From: Eledone cirrhosa
Taxonomy: Eukaryota
Length of the DNA: 64,000 bases
Direction: 5' to 3'
Assembly: GCA_964016885.1 (NCBI GenBank)
Contig: OZ024746.1
Coordinates: 65,286,001-65,350,000 of the forward strand
The translations under genes and the position numbers were made by a program. Position 1 is the stretch's first letter. Every line of letters begins with the position of its first letter. This document shows, in pieces, positions 26,301-39,382 of the stretch. The notes below the pieces were generated by a model. It had not been told where the DNA came from. It was given only the letters and a program-made list of their open reading frames with translations, and made no database searches.

Positions 26301-29300
26301 CCAGCATATCTCTGTTTGTCTGTCTTTGTCTGCCTGTCTGCCAGCATATCTCTCTGTTTGTCTGTCTCTGTATGCCTGTCTGCCAGCATATCTCTCTGTT
26401 TGTCTGACTCTGTCTGCCTGTCTGCCAGCATATCTCTCTGTTTGTCTGTCTCTGTCTGCCTGTCTGCCAGCATATCTCTGTTTGTCTGTCTTTGTCTGCC
26501 TGTCTGCCAGCATATCTCTCTGTTTGTCTGTCTCTGTCTGCCTGTCTGCCAGCATATCTCTCTGTTTGTCTGACTCTGTCTGCCTGTCTGCCAGCATATC
26601 TCTCTGTTTGTCTGTCTCTGTATGTCTGTCTGCCAGCATATCTCTCTGTTTGTCTGACTCTGTCTGCCTGTCTGCCAGCATATCTCTCTGTTTGTCTGTC
26701 TCTGTATGTCTGTCTGCCAGCATATCTCTCTGTTTGTCTGTCTCTTCTGCCTGTCTGCCAGCATATCTCTCTGTTTGTCTGTCTCTGTTTGTCTGTCTGC
26801 CAGCACATCTCTCTCTTTGTCTGTCTCTGTATGCCTGTTTGCCAGCATATCTCTCTGTCTGTCTCTGTATGTCTGTGTGCCAGCATATCTCTCTGTTTGT
26901 CTGTCTTTGTCTGCCTATCTGCCAGCATATCTCTCTGTTTGTCTGTCTCTGTATGTCTGTCTGCCAGCATATCTCTCTGTTTGTCTGTCTTTGTCTGCCT
27001 ATCTGCCAGCATATCTCTCTGTTTGTCTGTCTCTGTATATCTGTCTGCCAGCATATCTCTCTGTTTGTCTATCTCTGTATGTCTGTCTGCCAGCATATCT
27101 CTCTGTTTGTCTGTCTTTGTCTGCCTATCTGCCAGCATATCTCTCTGTTTGTCTGTCTCTGTCTGCCTGTCTGCCAGCATATCTCTCTGTTTGTCTGTCT
27201 CTGTCTGCCTGTCTGCCAGCATATCTCTCTGTTTGTCTGTCTCTGTCTGCCTGTCTGCCAGCATATCTCTCTCTTTGTCTGTCTCTGTCTGCCTGTCTGC
27301 CAGCATATCTCTCTGTTTGTCTGTCTCTGTCTGCCTGTCTGCCAGCATATCTCTCTGTTCTTCTGTCTCTGTCTGCCTGTCTGCCAGCATATCTCTCTCT
27401 TTGTCTGTCTCTGTCTGCCTGTCTGCCAGCATATCTCTCTGTTTGTCTGTCTCTGTCTGCTTGTCTGCCAGCATATCTCTCTGTTTGTCTGTCTCTGTCT
27501 GCCTGTCTGCCAGCATATCTCTCTGTTTGTCTGTCTCTGTCTGCCTGTCTGCCAGCATATCTCTCTGTTTGTCTCTCTCTGTATGTCTGTCTGCCAGCAT
27601 ATCTCTCTGTTTGTCTGTCTCTGTATGTCTGTCTGCCGGCATATCTCTCTCTTTGCCTGTCTCTGTCTGCCTGTCTGCCAGCATATCTCTCTGTTTGTCT
27701 GTCTCTGTATGCCTGTCTGCCAGCATATCTCTCTGTTTGTCTCTCTCTGTATGTCTGTCTGCCAGCATATCTCTCTGTTTGTCTGTCTCTGTATGTCTGT
27801 CTGCCGGCATATCTCTCTCTTTGCCTGTCTCTGTCTGCCTGTCTGCCAGCATATCTCTCTGTTTGTCTGTCTCTGTCTGTCTGTCTGCCAGCATATCTCT
27901 CTCTTTGACTGTCTCTGTCTGCCTGTCTGCCAGCATATCTCTCTATTTGTCTGTCTCTGTCTGCCTGTCTGCCAGCATATCTCTCTATTTGTCTGTCTCT
28001 GTCTGCCTGTCTGCCAGCATATCTCTCTGTTTGTCTGTCTCTGTCTGCCTGTCTGCCAGCATATCTCTCTATTTGTCTGTCTCTGTCTGCCTGTCTGCCA
28101 GCATATCTCTCTCTTTGTCTGTCTCTGTCTGCCTGTCTGCCAGCATATCTCTCTATTTGTCTGTCTCTGTCTGTCTGTCTGCCAGCATATCTCTCTCTTT
28201 GACTGTCTCTGTCTGCCTGTCTGCCAGCATATCTCTCTCTTTGTCTGTCTCTCTCTGCCTGTCTGCCAGCATATCTCTCTGTTTGTCTGTCTCTGTCTGC
28301 CTGTCTGCCAGCATATCTCTCTGTTTGTCTGTCTCTGTCTGCCTGTCTGCCAGCATATCTCTCTGTTTGTCTGTCTCTGTCTGCCTGTCTGCCAGCATAT
28401 CTCTCTGTTTGTCTGTCTCTGTATGTCTGTCTGCCAGCATATCTCTCTGTTTGTCTGTCTCTGTCTGTCTGTCTGCCAGCATATCTCTCTCTTTGTCTGT
28501 CTCTGTCTGCCTGTCTGCCAGCATATCTCTCTCTTTGTCTGTCTCTGTCTGCCTGTCTGCCAGCATATCTCTCTATTTGTCTGTCTCTGTCTGCCTGCCT
28601 GCCAGCATATCTCTCTGTTTGTCTGTCTCTGTCTGCCTGTCTGCCAGCATATCTCTCTGTTTGTCTGTCTCTGTCTGCCTGTCTGCCAGCATATCTCTCT
28701 GTTTGTCTGTCTCTGTATGTCTGTCTGCCAGCATATCTCTCTCTTTGTCTGTCTCTGTATGTCTGTCTGCCAGCATATCTCTCTGTTTGTCTGTCTCTGT
28801 CTGCCTGTCTGCCATCATATCTCTCTGTTTGTCTGTCTTTGTCTGCCTATCTGCCAGCATATCTCTCTGTTTGTCTGTCTCTGTCTGCCAGCATATCTCT
28901 CTGTTTGTCTGTCTCTGTCTGCCTGTCTGCCAGCATATCTCTCTGTTTGTCTGTCTCTGTCTGCTTGTCTGCCAGCATATCTCTCTGTTTGTCTGTCTCT
29001 GTATGTCTGTCTGCCAACATATATCTCTGTTTGTCTGTCTCTGTCTGCCTGTCTGCCAGCATATCTCTCTCTTTGTCTGTCTCTGTCTGCCTGTCTGCCA
29101 GCATATCTCTCTGTTTGTCTGTCTCTGTCTGCCTGTCTGCCAGCATATCTCTCTGTTTGTCTGTCTCTGTCTGCCTGTCTGCCAGCATATCTCTCTGTTT
29201 GTCTGTCTCTGTATGTCTGTCTGCCAGCATATCTCTCTCTTTCTCTGTCTCTGTCTGCCTGTCTGCCAGCATATCTCTCTCTTTGTCTGTCTCTGTCTGC

Positions 29301-29760
29301 CTGTCTGCCAGCATATCTCTCTGTTTGTCTGTCTCTGTATGTCTGTCTGCCAGCATATCTCTCTGTTTGTCTGTCTCTGTATGTCTGTCTGCTAGCATAT
29401 CTCTCTGTTTGTCTGTCTCTGTCTGACTGTCTGCCAGCATATCTCTCTCTTTGTCTGTCTCTGTCTGCCTATCTGCCAGCATATCTCTCTGTTTGTCTGT
29501 CTCTGTCTGCCTGTCTGCCAGCATATCTCTCTGTTTGTCTGTCTCTGTCTGCCTGTCTGCCAGCATATCTCTCTGTTTGTCTGTCTCTGTATGCCTGTCT
29601 GCCAGCATATCTCTCTGTTTGTCTATCTCTGTATGTCTGTCTGCCAGCATATCTCTCTGTTTGTCTGTCTTTGTCTGCCTGTCTGCCAGCATATCTCTCT
29701 GTTTGTCTGTCTTTGTCTGCCTGTCTGCCAGCATATCTCTCTGTTTGTCTGTCTATCTCT
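17380..29760. repeat. ~12.4-kb minisatellite, 42-bp unit CCAGCATATCTCTCTGTTTGTCTGTCTCTGTCTGCCTGTCTG (roughly 295 copies by length), with degenerate TCTG/CCTG flanks at 17290-17380 and 29760-30060
   Basis: directly visible; 14-aa periodicity in the ORF translations; shortened units of 40, 38, 34 and 24 bp occur. Confidence 0.98.
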
Positions 29761-30599
29761 CTGTCTGTCTGCCTAACTGCCTGCCAGCATATGTCTCTGT
29801 CTCTCTCTGTCTGCCTGCCTGCCTACATGCCTATCTCACTGTCTGTCTCTGTCTGTCTGTCTGCCTGCCTGCCTATTGCTCTGTCTCTCCCTGTCTGCCT
29901 GACTGGCTGCCTGCCTATCTCTCTGTCTCTCTATTTGTCTGTCTGATTGCCTATCTCTCTGTGTGTTTGCCCCTGTCTGTCTGTCTGCCTATCACTCTGT
30001 CTGTCTCTGTCTGTCTGTCTCACTGTTTGTCTGTCTCTGTCTCTCTCCACCTCTCTCTCTACACACACGTGCACAAACACACACATATATATATATCATC
30101 ATCATCATCCTTATTTAACATCTGCCTTCTCTGCTAGTAAGGGTTGGATGGTTTGTCATAGACCAAGTCACTACTTTATCAGAACTACTGATCTTTTAGA
30201 TGAACCAGGGGCCAGGTGATATATACATTCCCATACTCTATAGGTACATTTGATTTTGGTGCCAATACTAGGAATATTATCTTTGACACAACTGAAGCGT
30301 CATCTCAATTCTTTGTTTTCCAAGTTTACTACAACTCGATGCCCTTCCTATCATGAACTACTTTATAGAGTATACAGAGTGTATTTTATTGTGTCACCAG
30401 CACTAAAGAGGTGTTGTAACATTCTCTCAACCCTTTTGGCATGGTTTCTACAGCCGGATGCTCTTGATATCACCAACTACCTTATGGAATGTACTGGGCA
30501 TATTTTTCGTGGCATCAGCATTAGAGAGGGTGATGTTTTGTATATGGCTGAAGAGTCCTCAAAATCCCTTCTATATATATATATATAAGTATATATATG

Positions 30600-30762
30600 A
30601 AAAAGTATGACCCAGACGGCAGAGCTCAAGCCGTTTTGACTAGCCGTCGAAACGGCTTGAGCTCTGCCGTCGAGGTCATACTTTTTCCTATTTCCCACTC
30701 TACTACCCGAAGTATTGAGTACTCTGGTGCGTTATGGTCCATCTGGTTCCTTACCACAATTC
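30600..30762 (+). mobile_element. Fold-back non-autonomous element, family X
   Basis: ~85-bp hairpin aaaagtatgacc..gacggcagagctcaagccgttt/gaaacggcttgagctctgccgtc..ggtcatactttt, then tattgagtactctggtgcgttatggtcca; other copies at 42013, 55666 and 57367. Confidence 0.8.
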
Positions 30763-30790
30763 CTTTGTTAAGTATATATATATATATATA

Positions 30791-30975
30791 TTGTTTCTAC
30801 TTCTGGAACAAGGCCAGCAATTACCCCAGTACATTACTGGTACTTTATTTTTCGACCCCGTAAGGAGGAGAGGCACAATTAACCTCGGTGGGATTTGAAC
30901 TCAGTCCGTAAAGGGACGTAACTCTATGCTGGAAAGCATGGCGTCCGACCCTCTACCGATACTGCCAATACACCG

Positions 30976-30978
<3 letters not shown>
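30791..30978 (-). mobile_element. SINE family 1 copy
   Basis: reverse complement closely matches 39940-40130. Confidence 0.9.
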
Positions 30979-31018
<40 letters not shown>

Positions 31019-31547
31019 TAATTTTAAAACCTGAAAACACAAAGAATAATGAAAAGAAGTCACTGAGTTCTCACTGATGTTGGGTATATTTTCTTGATTC
31101 TCAATGAAGAAATTTCGTAAACATATTTACAAAATCCTGCTTAAAAAAAAACAATAATCTATTAGTTTTTCATGAAGTTTATATTTTTTCATCACTGAGA
31201 CTGCTCCTGCTGTTACCAAACATTAAAATAAAATTTCCCGTCTTGGCTTTAACATCATAGCAGCATAATCAAATAATATTGATGCTCTTTTATCAGATGG
31301 TCTCTCCAACAAATAAAATTAAAGATTCATATAACAAAAGGAATACTGTGCAACAAAAATCCAAGATATTTTATCACAGTATCATGTTTTACATTTTATC
31401 TTTTAAATATTTTTCTTTCTCAGGTAAATATTTTTCTTTAAATGTCAGTGTATGTGTGCTCACATACAGCGATGAATATGTGCAGACACACACTCTCAGA
31501 TATACATACACACATCCACGTACAAACGCACATATGTATAAATATAT

Positions 31548-31652
31548 ATGGCGTGTCCTCCAAAAATGTTTACACACTATGATCACCTGGACAGACAATA
31601 TCGATTAGAATGCTATTGAAGTGTGTAATACACATTTATGGGACAATCCATA
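31548..31652. mobile_element. Short Tc1/mariner-type MITE remnant (related end at 33397-33445)
   Basis: imperfect TIRs gtcctccaaaaatgtttacacact / agtgtgtaatacacatttatgggac with TA flanks; cagggtcccccaaaaatgtatacacact at 33398. Confidence 0.55.
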
Positions 31653-31684
31653 TATATCATCATCATCGTATGTGTGTGTACATA

Positions 31685-32632
31685 TATCATTATCATTATC
31701 ATTTAACGTCCAATTTCCATGCTAGCATATGTAATACGTGCTGTCCCACTGTGAGAGATCCAGGCTGGTGATCGTATTTTGCTCACGCAGAACTCATTTT
31801 GTGTTGGTTTCTATGGCTGGGTGCCCTTCCTAGTGCCAATCACATTTACAGTGTATACTGGGTGCTTTTTGTAACACTTACACAATCAATTTACAATGTG
31901 GGCTGGATGCTTTTTATCGAAACTCTACATGACTGTTTTACAGTGTGGCCTTGGTCGTTGTTGTTGTGACACCTGCACGACCACTTTACAGTGTGGGCTT
32001 GGTGCTTTTTGGCGTGACACCTTCATGACTACTTTACAGTGTGGACTGGGCACTTATTGTCTCATGGCTCAAGTATGATCACTTTATAGTGTGGATTAGG
32101 GAATTAGCGGGGGGGGGGGGGTATATATATAGGGGTGAGATGATTGCAGTAGGGAAGAGTATGGGAGGGAAGTTAATGCATACTAGATGTATGAATCTGC
32201 TCCTGCATATGGGGAGCAAGTCTTCTGTATTACTGCATAGTGTCAGAGATAATGGTCCCATATCATCATTTTACAGAGGTATAGTTGTGCAAAGTCAGTT
32301 TTTATCACCTCTTCCCAAGTCTTCGTAGGCCTGCCCAACAACTTTGAGTGCTCTGTACCTTGTTATACAGCTGTCATACGCATCACAAGTCCATAATACA
32401 ATACTACTTCACACTGCAACCGATCCCTCTTATCCCTAATTTCTCTTGCAGTTCATTTATGCTTTGCTATTCACTTATATTACTATTGCACATCCATTGA
32501 AGTATGGAGGCTTCATTTCTTTCCAATCTTTGCAGGTCCTCTGCACACAGTGCCTAGGTCTTGTTGCTGTGCAATAGTGTTTGTATTCATACAACATACA
32601 GTCTACCTTTCATTTTGAGGGAAAAACCTTTT
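31685..32632 (-). mobile_element. Decayed RTE LINE 3' portion
   Basis: (atc)-like tail, repeated tttacagtgtgg 3' UTR motifs as at 45100-45170, decayed RT C-terminus at 32200-32630. Confidence 0.75.
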
Positions 32633-33033
32633 ATGTGTGTGTGTGTTAGTCTAAATAGAATGACTGGTGTTCCTATTTGTTTCTTTAGCTGTCCAAATGA
32701 ACACTGTAAGAAACTGGTTTAGTCATATATGTATGTATAAATGCAATCCTCCTTAAAACTGAGAGCTATGCTAGCATTTAAAAACAATAAAAATTCCTTT
32801 CAAAGAGACATTCATGTAAAACAAACACTATAGAAAATCTTCTGAATTTCATCTCTATCCGAATTGTTATCAGCAACTGGGTGTAATGTAACTGTCACCT
32901 TTTGATACAAAATAAATGAGATTACTCTTCTGCACATATAGAAATCCATATCATGAAATGTTTACAGCATGCATAATGTATACCAGCACAGCTTTTACAA
33001 AAGCTACATTAAACTCTCTCTCTCTCTCTCCCC

Positions 33034-33074
<41 letters not shown>

Positions 33075-33089
33075 TATATATATATTTTG

Positions 33090-33358
33090 AGCTGACTCAA
33101 AAGTGACACAGAGGAGACTGAGGTTAGCTGGACATGTTCACCGACATCCAGATGTGACACTGCACTCAGTGCTCCTGTGGGAGCGCCTGCATGGACACAC
33201 TGGAAGAGGAAAAGAGAGGTTAACATATGTTGATGACCTAAGGACAGACACTGATCTCTTGGAGATGCAGGACATGGCAGTGATAATGAGGGACAGAGAC
33301 CGCTGGAGAGAACTCGTCCATGGATCTCGGGAATTTTACCCACCCTAGATAGATAGAT
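33090..33358 (+). mobile_element. 3' end of a second RTE subfamily
   Basis: RRLRLAGHVHRH...LLWE...GRG..RLTYVDDL..DT...MRDRDRWRELV followed by a (TAGA)n tail. Confidence 0.8.
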
Positions 33359-34329
33359 ATATATGTGTGTGTGTGTGTGTGTGTACATATATATACACAG
33401 GGTCCCCCAAAAATGTATACACACTTCAATACCATTCTATCGTTAAACGATGGTGATGATGATGATGATGATGATGATATTCATACAGTTTAATTTAGCT
33501 ATTCTAAAAAATTGTGCTGGTATACGTTATATATGTGTTAAACAATCCAAATGTTTATGCTGTTACTTACAATACAAATTTCACCCAATATATATTTATG
33601 TGTTTGAGAGAATGTGTGTGTGTTTATTCTACATGATTGGGTCGAAAATATGGTCTTTCAAATGGCCTAAGAAATTGGTATTTCTGTATTTGTTGACATT
33701 AACTTTGTTAAGTAATCTTCAATAGTTATTTTGTATGTCCTTCAATCCTGATTGTGGTTGGTCCAGTCTGAAATTATTTTTTGGGTTATGATTTCTGTTC
33801 TATGTGTATGTCGGAATTCACAGCTCTGGAAAATATTCTGTCTTAGAGAAGAGGCTTGGATGCTTAAAATGGGGTTGTTATGTTGTATAAATATTCTGGA
33901 TGTATTGTTGTTATAGCTTTGGCAACCTTAGTGAATATAAGTTTGATGGTTTGGTATTTCGTTTGCCATTTGTGAATGGAGTTTATAAACTTAGGCTTTC
34001 TTCAAGAATGGGTTATCAGCATAATATTAATTTTTCAAGTCAATTTCATAATTACTGAACTAAAAATTACTTTTCTCGCATCAGTGAAGAGATGTTAATT
34101 CTTCATTTTTGTATTTTTTCTCCAATGTTTAGCAGTTATTTTCCCATAGAAGTCCTTAACGTCTCTTTTTTTAAAATTTCCATTTCCATTAGTTTGTGAA
34201 TCGATTTAACGTTTTCTGCATTGGTGTTTGCTCTTAATTGTAATGGTTAGATTTTTATTCTGAATTTGTCTAAAACCACCTTTTCCCAAATATTCTGTTG
34301 TTATTGTTTAGGTTCATTAGGGACAGGGG

Positions 34330-34775
34330 CAAAGCTCAATATATAACCAATGCAAGGGTGAAAAAGCATAGGTAAAAACGATGATGGTACACAAGAGGTT
34401 TTGTGGGAGTGTAGGAAAGTAAATAGAAAAGTTTGTCTTGCATATGGAAAAGGCACAGGATTAGTTAGTAATATGAATCCTCATTTAATAAACTTTTTCT
34501 AATCCTAGGAATGCTCCATAGACGTAGTTGATAGCTTCTGCAGCCTAGGTGACCTAATTAGCAGTGGAGAGGGTTATTCTGAAAGCATTGTTGCTAGACT
34601 AAGTATAGGATGACAAATGCTCAGTGAAGTATTACTTCTGTTGATAAGAAGGATTTGCCTTTTATGAATGCAAGGGTACTTATATGATGCATGTGTGCAA
34701 AGTGTGATGTTGCATGGAAGCTAAATATGGATAGTAAATGCAGAGGATATGTGAAAGCAGATGGAAAATGAGAAA
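34330..34775 (+). mobile_element. Highly decayed RTE internal fragment
   Basis: VVDSFCSLGDLISSGEG.SESIVARL matches TVDSFCYLGDRISNGGGCSESTITRV in the 42781 ORF. Confidence 0.7.
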
Positions 34776-34811
34776 TGAGTCTTCATAAAGAATATATATA
34801 TAAAAATAAAT

Positions 34812-34843
34812 TTTGAGAGAAAATTCACATATCTTCTAACTGC

Positions 34844-34903
<60 letters not shown>

Positions 34904-34935
34904 GCAGTTAGAAGATATGTGAATTTTCTCTCAAA
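34812..34935. repeat. Perfect 124-bp palindrome centred on (AT)n
   Basis: tttgagagaaaattcacatatcttctaactgccc-(at)n-gggcagttagaagatatgtgaattttctctcaaa. Confidence 0.95.
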
Positions 34936-35517
34936 CTGATGAGGGACTCATTTTATTACATGTTATCCATGTGCAACCTGCAGTATTCTTCTCCCCATTT
35001 TTTCACATATATTTACCTAAACTGCGATTCTGTTTTTTTCTCTCTCTCTCTCTTACTGCTCCCTCGTTCTCTCTGTTTCTCCTACTTTCTTTCGCCCCCT
35101 CTGTCATGTCAGTTAACTCTTCCTCGCACTTCCACTCACTCACTCACTGTTTCTCCTCTTCTCACTTCACCCCGTTCGCGACGAAAACATTTTCTCTCTT
35201 TCTCACATTTGGATTCGTTCCCGAAAGGTCTTTTTTCTAAGCGCTCATATATTCACCTAGCTTATGCTAACAGAATAACTATGGAGCTTGTTCCCTTCCT
35301 TCTACGGTTAGCTCTCCTCTTTGTTGTTATCTTGTCTCACTCGCTTTACGTGTTTTAATTGTCCTAATAACTTAATTTAGTTATTATTGCACCGACGTGA
35401 GGTATATGATTTTTAATGCAATGAAATATCTATGATCGTCGGCAAATCACTGATGAGGGACTCATTTTATTACATGTTATCCATGTGCAACCTGCAGTAT
35501 TCTTCTCCCCATTTTTT

Positions 35518-35522
<5 letters not shown>
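34935..35522 (+). mobile_element. Non-coding element family Y with ~73-bp terminal direct repeats (period 514)
   Basis: actgatgagggactcattttattacatg...tttttcaca at 34935 and 35449; homologous to the tandem units at 60722-61977. Confidence 0.75.
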
Positions 35523-35564
<42 letters not shown>

Positions 35565-35705
35565 GGCTGTGTAGTTGCTTGCTATTTAAGGTAACTTAAA
35601 ATGCAGTGGGAATACGAAGGAAGCAAGAATGGGGCGGGGGGGGGGGAGAGTTTTCCTCATCAGTTGTCTACTGGGGGTCTCGGATATTTCTACGCTTTAT
35701 ATAAA

Positions 35706-36506
35706 CTAGCCGAATTACCCATGCCTTGCTGCACCTCACACATTTCTTTTGTAAGAAAATGATGATTGATTTTAAATCAGTGATATAATTTATGGAGAAA
35801 AACTCTGCATTTCAATATTACTCAATGTAAAAAGTAATGCATGAAAAATTGGAAACATTATTTTTTGTAATATATCAACTCAAAATTACATTATTAAATC
35901 TTATTTTTATTTTGTTTCTTTTAAATAATTTTTTAAATAATTTTTTCAAAATATCTATTGAAAACTTTTGTGAATAGGCATCATATCTTGTCATTTACCT
36001 ATGGTTTAAATTTCATATAAATCGAAGAGAAAACATTTTCAGTGGGGATTTTGTGCACCCGGGGAACCCTTTGATTAAAATGAAATATACTTATCCAAGT
36101 ACACTGGTCAATGTAGTTTCAGAATATATATGGTTATGGGGGTCTATCTCCAAAACCACAGGAGGAGTTCGTGAAATCTTGTTCCATTTATTGGTAAAAA
36201 CTTTCACTATAGGGGGTTTAACTCTCATTAGGGTGTCTTCATATTATTGAAATTTGCTGAAATTTTGTGAATAGGAATCACATCTTGTCATTTACCTATG
36301 GTTTAAATTTCATATAAATCGAAGGGAAAAAGTTTCAGCGGGGGTTTGTTCCCCCCGGGGAACCCTTTGATTAAAATGAAATATACTTATCCAAGTACCC
36401 TAGGCAATGTGGTTTCAGAATATATATGGTTATGGGGGTATATCTCCAAAACCATAGCAGGAGTTTGTGAACAAACAAACAGACATGAATACAACTTTAT
36501 ATATAT
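35706..36506 (-). mobile_element. Non-autonomous Helitron-like element with an internal ~0.3-kb-period duplication
   Basis: A|CTAGccgaattaccc terminus at 35706; ...acaaacaaacagaca...ctttatatata at the other end; block ttttgtgaatagg...ccaaaacca repeated at ~35967 and ~36263. Confidence 0.65.
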
Positions 36507-37131
36507 TGCTGTTAATCAGTAATTTTGATTCAAAACTCTTCTGCAGTATTTCGTTTCACATTCCTTCCTATTTAAGCCATTACTATAGGCATGAGAGAGG
36601 GAGGGATGTAGTCTGACCTCTTCTCATTTCAGTGTATGAAATATGAATCCCTTATTGTATGACCCATTATAACTCATGGAGATTATTTTTATCATTGAAA
36701 CAACAGCACCTTCAAGCAAAGAGAACTGACAATTTCATGTGAACTTTGTCACACTATCTGTTTCAATATTATCAAAGTAAATGTCTAAAAACATTTGGGA
36801 GATAATTACACCATAGTTTATTGCTTTCGATGTCAGGAATTACGCCATCAATATGACTTATGAAGTGAGGTCAAATAGTAACATTGAACAGATTATAAAT
36901 ATGTGAAAAAATCAGAATCATTTATATTTATGTAACCATATGTTATAGTTAAAAGACCTCTGAATTCCCCAGAGTATTCAGAGTTATCAGAAAACAAATC
37001 CTTCTTATCCACAATGAATAAATTATAATATTTTAGGAAAGTTTTGTTGACAAAAGAATTGCAACTATGTTTTCAACTAAGTTTCCTGGCAAATTAACAT
37101 ATAACACTACAACACTGTTAGTAAAGTATGT

Positions 37132-37176
<45 letters not shown>

Positions 37177-38207
37177 ACATATACATACATACATACATAT
37201 GTATGTATATATATATCATCATCATCATCATCATCATTTCATTTTACATCCACTTTTTCCCTGCTTGCAAGGGTGGGACAGGAACTGTATATATATATAT
37301 ATATATAAAGTATGTATATATATAAAGTATGTATGTACACATATATACATACATACACACACACACATATATATGTATATATATATATAACATAGTATAA
37401 GAAATTATGAAGATTGATTTCATGTGCCTTTAATGCTGTGTCTATCTTATAAATATTTTTTATGAGATAAGAATTTTTGGAGTTATCATAAAGATGTCAG
37501 AATCATTTTTGTTGCAGCTAGTTACTTGCTTTCAATATCTTTTTGATTGAACTTGAAATTAACGTTGAACTTAATCTAAGCATTAGAAATTGTGATTCTT
37601 TGGCACCAGGCATGATCCTTTCACTTGTAAAAGAAATGCTTGCTTTTCCAAAATTGATAAGCACATTAAATATAGTGAAATCTCTAACTAAAATAATATA
37701 AAATAAAATAAAAATGAATTACCGACTTAGTTATCTCATATGGCATCTCTTTGGCACTCGCAGTGAAAGATATATACAATCAAACAAAAGTAAGAATGAC
37801 ATATTATTTGATGATATTATATACATATGTTGTATCTGATAAAAGGAAGCGGAAACTAAATAGGCAAGTAAAACAAAATATGTATAGATAGAAATATGGC
37901 AGAATTTAGAAAGAAAACTGCCAAAGAGATAACAATTAAATTTTAAGCACTATTTGATTCAGAATGCTTCAGAGAATAATTTTTAAAAAATCCATAACAA
38001 GATTGTTATATGGTGTAATCATCCCTCATTGTGTTGAATGGTCGAAAGTAGATTGAGGTAGAAATTAAGACTTGAAGTGATAACAAATATGTATGAACTA
38101 TGTAAGCAAAAAATGTAATTCGTAATGGATGTAAATATAATCAATGAAAAGAATAGCATAAAATATATTGTAACATGCCTCACTATAGAAAAAACGAAAA
38201 AGCCCCC

Positions 38208-38238
<31 letters not shown>

Positions 38239-38326
38239 AATCAGTGAAATATACGTGTCCATTCATCCTCTTCAAGGACTTTCCATATTTCAGAACCTTA
38301 ATTGCTCTGGTGACCTCAGCCTTTAA

Positions 38327-38531
38327 CCCTTTAGTATTTACATTACTATTGTATTTTTGCAGTAAAGGCTTTACTTCACCTAATTATCTCACATAATATC
38401 GAATCTATGAGATTTTGATAATGTTATTATTTATGTTGAGAACAATACCTTAAGCGGCCAGTTATGGCTAGTTTGAACAGAAAGAAGTGAGAGAATTCTG
38501 GCTGGATACGGCTGGTTTAAATGTTAAATGG
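38327..38531. mobile_element. piggyBac-like MITE with TTAA target duplication
   Basis: TTAA|CCCTTTAGTATTTA ... TAAATGTTAAATGG|TTAA; inverted sister copy at 49956. Confidence 0.8.
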
Positions 38532-39132
38532 TTAAGAGTTTAATCTTTTCCCTAGATGCCCCTCATGTACACCAGAAGATGATATAAATGATCAAAATAT
38601 GACGTTGCAGTCATCAAATTCTTTTTGTAATTAATGAAGCACATTATTGAAATGTGTTAAAAAACATTTTTGTCTGATATTACTAATTTTATATAATTTT
38701 TTGGAAAAGTCATTTAAATTTAAATTCTCTTGATTCAGACCACATAATTCTGTACAAAGAGAAATTAAATCTCAGCACTATATTCAATTAAATGACTGAA
38801 TAACATATCTATAGTTCATTGATTTACAGTGTTGAATACAAATCTGAGTAAAATCCTGAGATACAGTGACCTTTGTATCCACAAAATTGGATATATCATA
38901 ATATCCTGTTTCGAAACCTGACACACATCTTAGCTAACTACACTAAACAGGTGAATAAAAAATATACAGACATTGGTAATTATTCTACATGAAGCATTCC
39001 ACACTCTCTGCTCCACACACACAAAAAAAAAAAACAAGTTTGAAACTGCCAAGTTATCATCACTATAGTAAAGCTTCAATATTATAACAGATATACAAAT
39101 ATTCTCTCTTTATGCTTTCAGAATGTTAAAAT

Positions 39133-39135
<3 letters not shown>

Positions 39136-39213
<78 letters not shown>
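39136..39213. repeat. (CA)n microsatellite
   Basis: directly visible. Confidence 0.95.
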
Positions 39214-39215
<2 letters not shown>

Positions 39216-39382
39216 ACGTGTCATACTCAAAACAAACCATTCTCCTTATTGAGATTGTAATGAATTCTTACATTACTTTCTATTCATCACAATCTATTAT
39301 TCTACTGAATTAATGAAAAACAGAACAAGGTAATAAAGCAAAACATTAATTCTCTTTTTCTTCATTACATTTTCTTTTATAG

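Noticed and set aside
17380-29760. CRISPR-like array
   Set aside because: Contiguous tandem units without unique spacers, no cas genes, eukaryotic context.
17306-30137. Very long ORFs (up to 1800 aa) on both strands of the array
   Set aside because: The 42-bp unit is a multiple of 3 and lacks stops in all frames; frames switch at indel variants, there is no unique domain, and the array lies inside an INTU intron.
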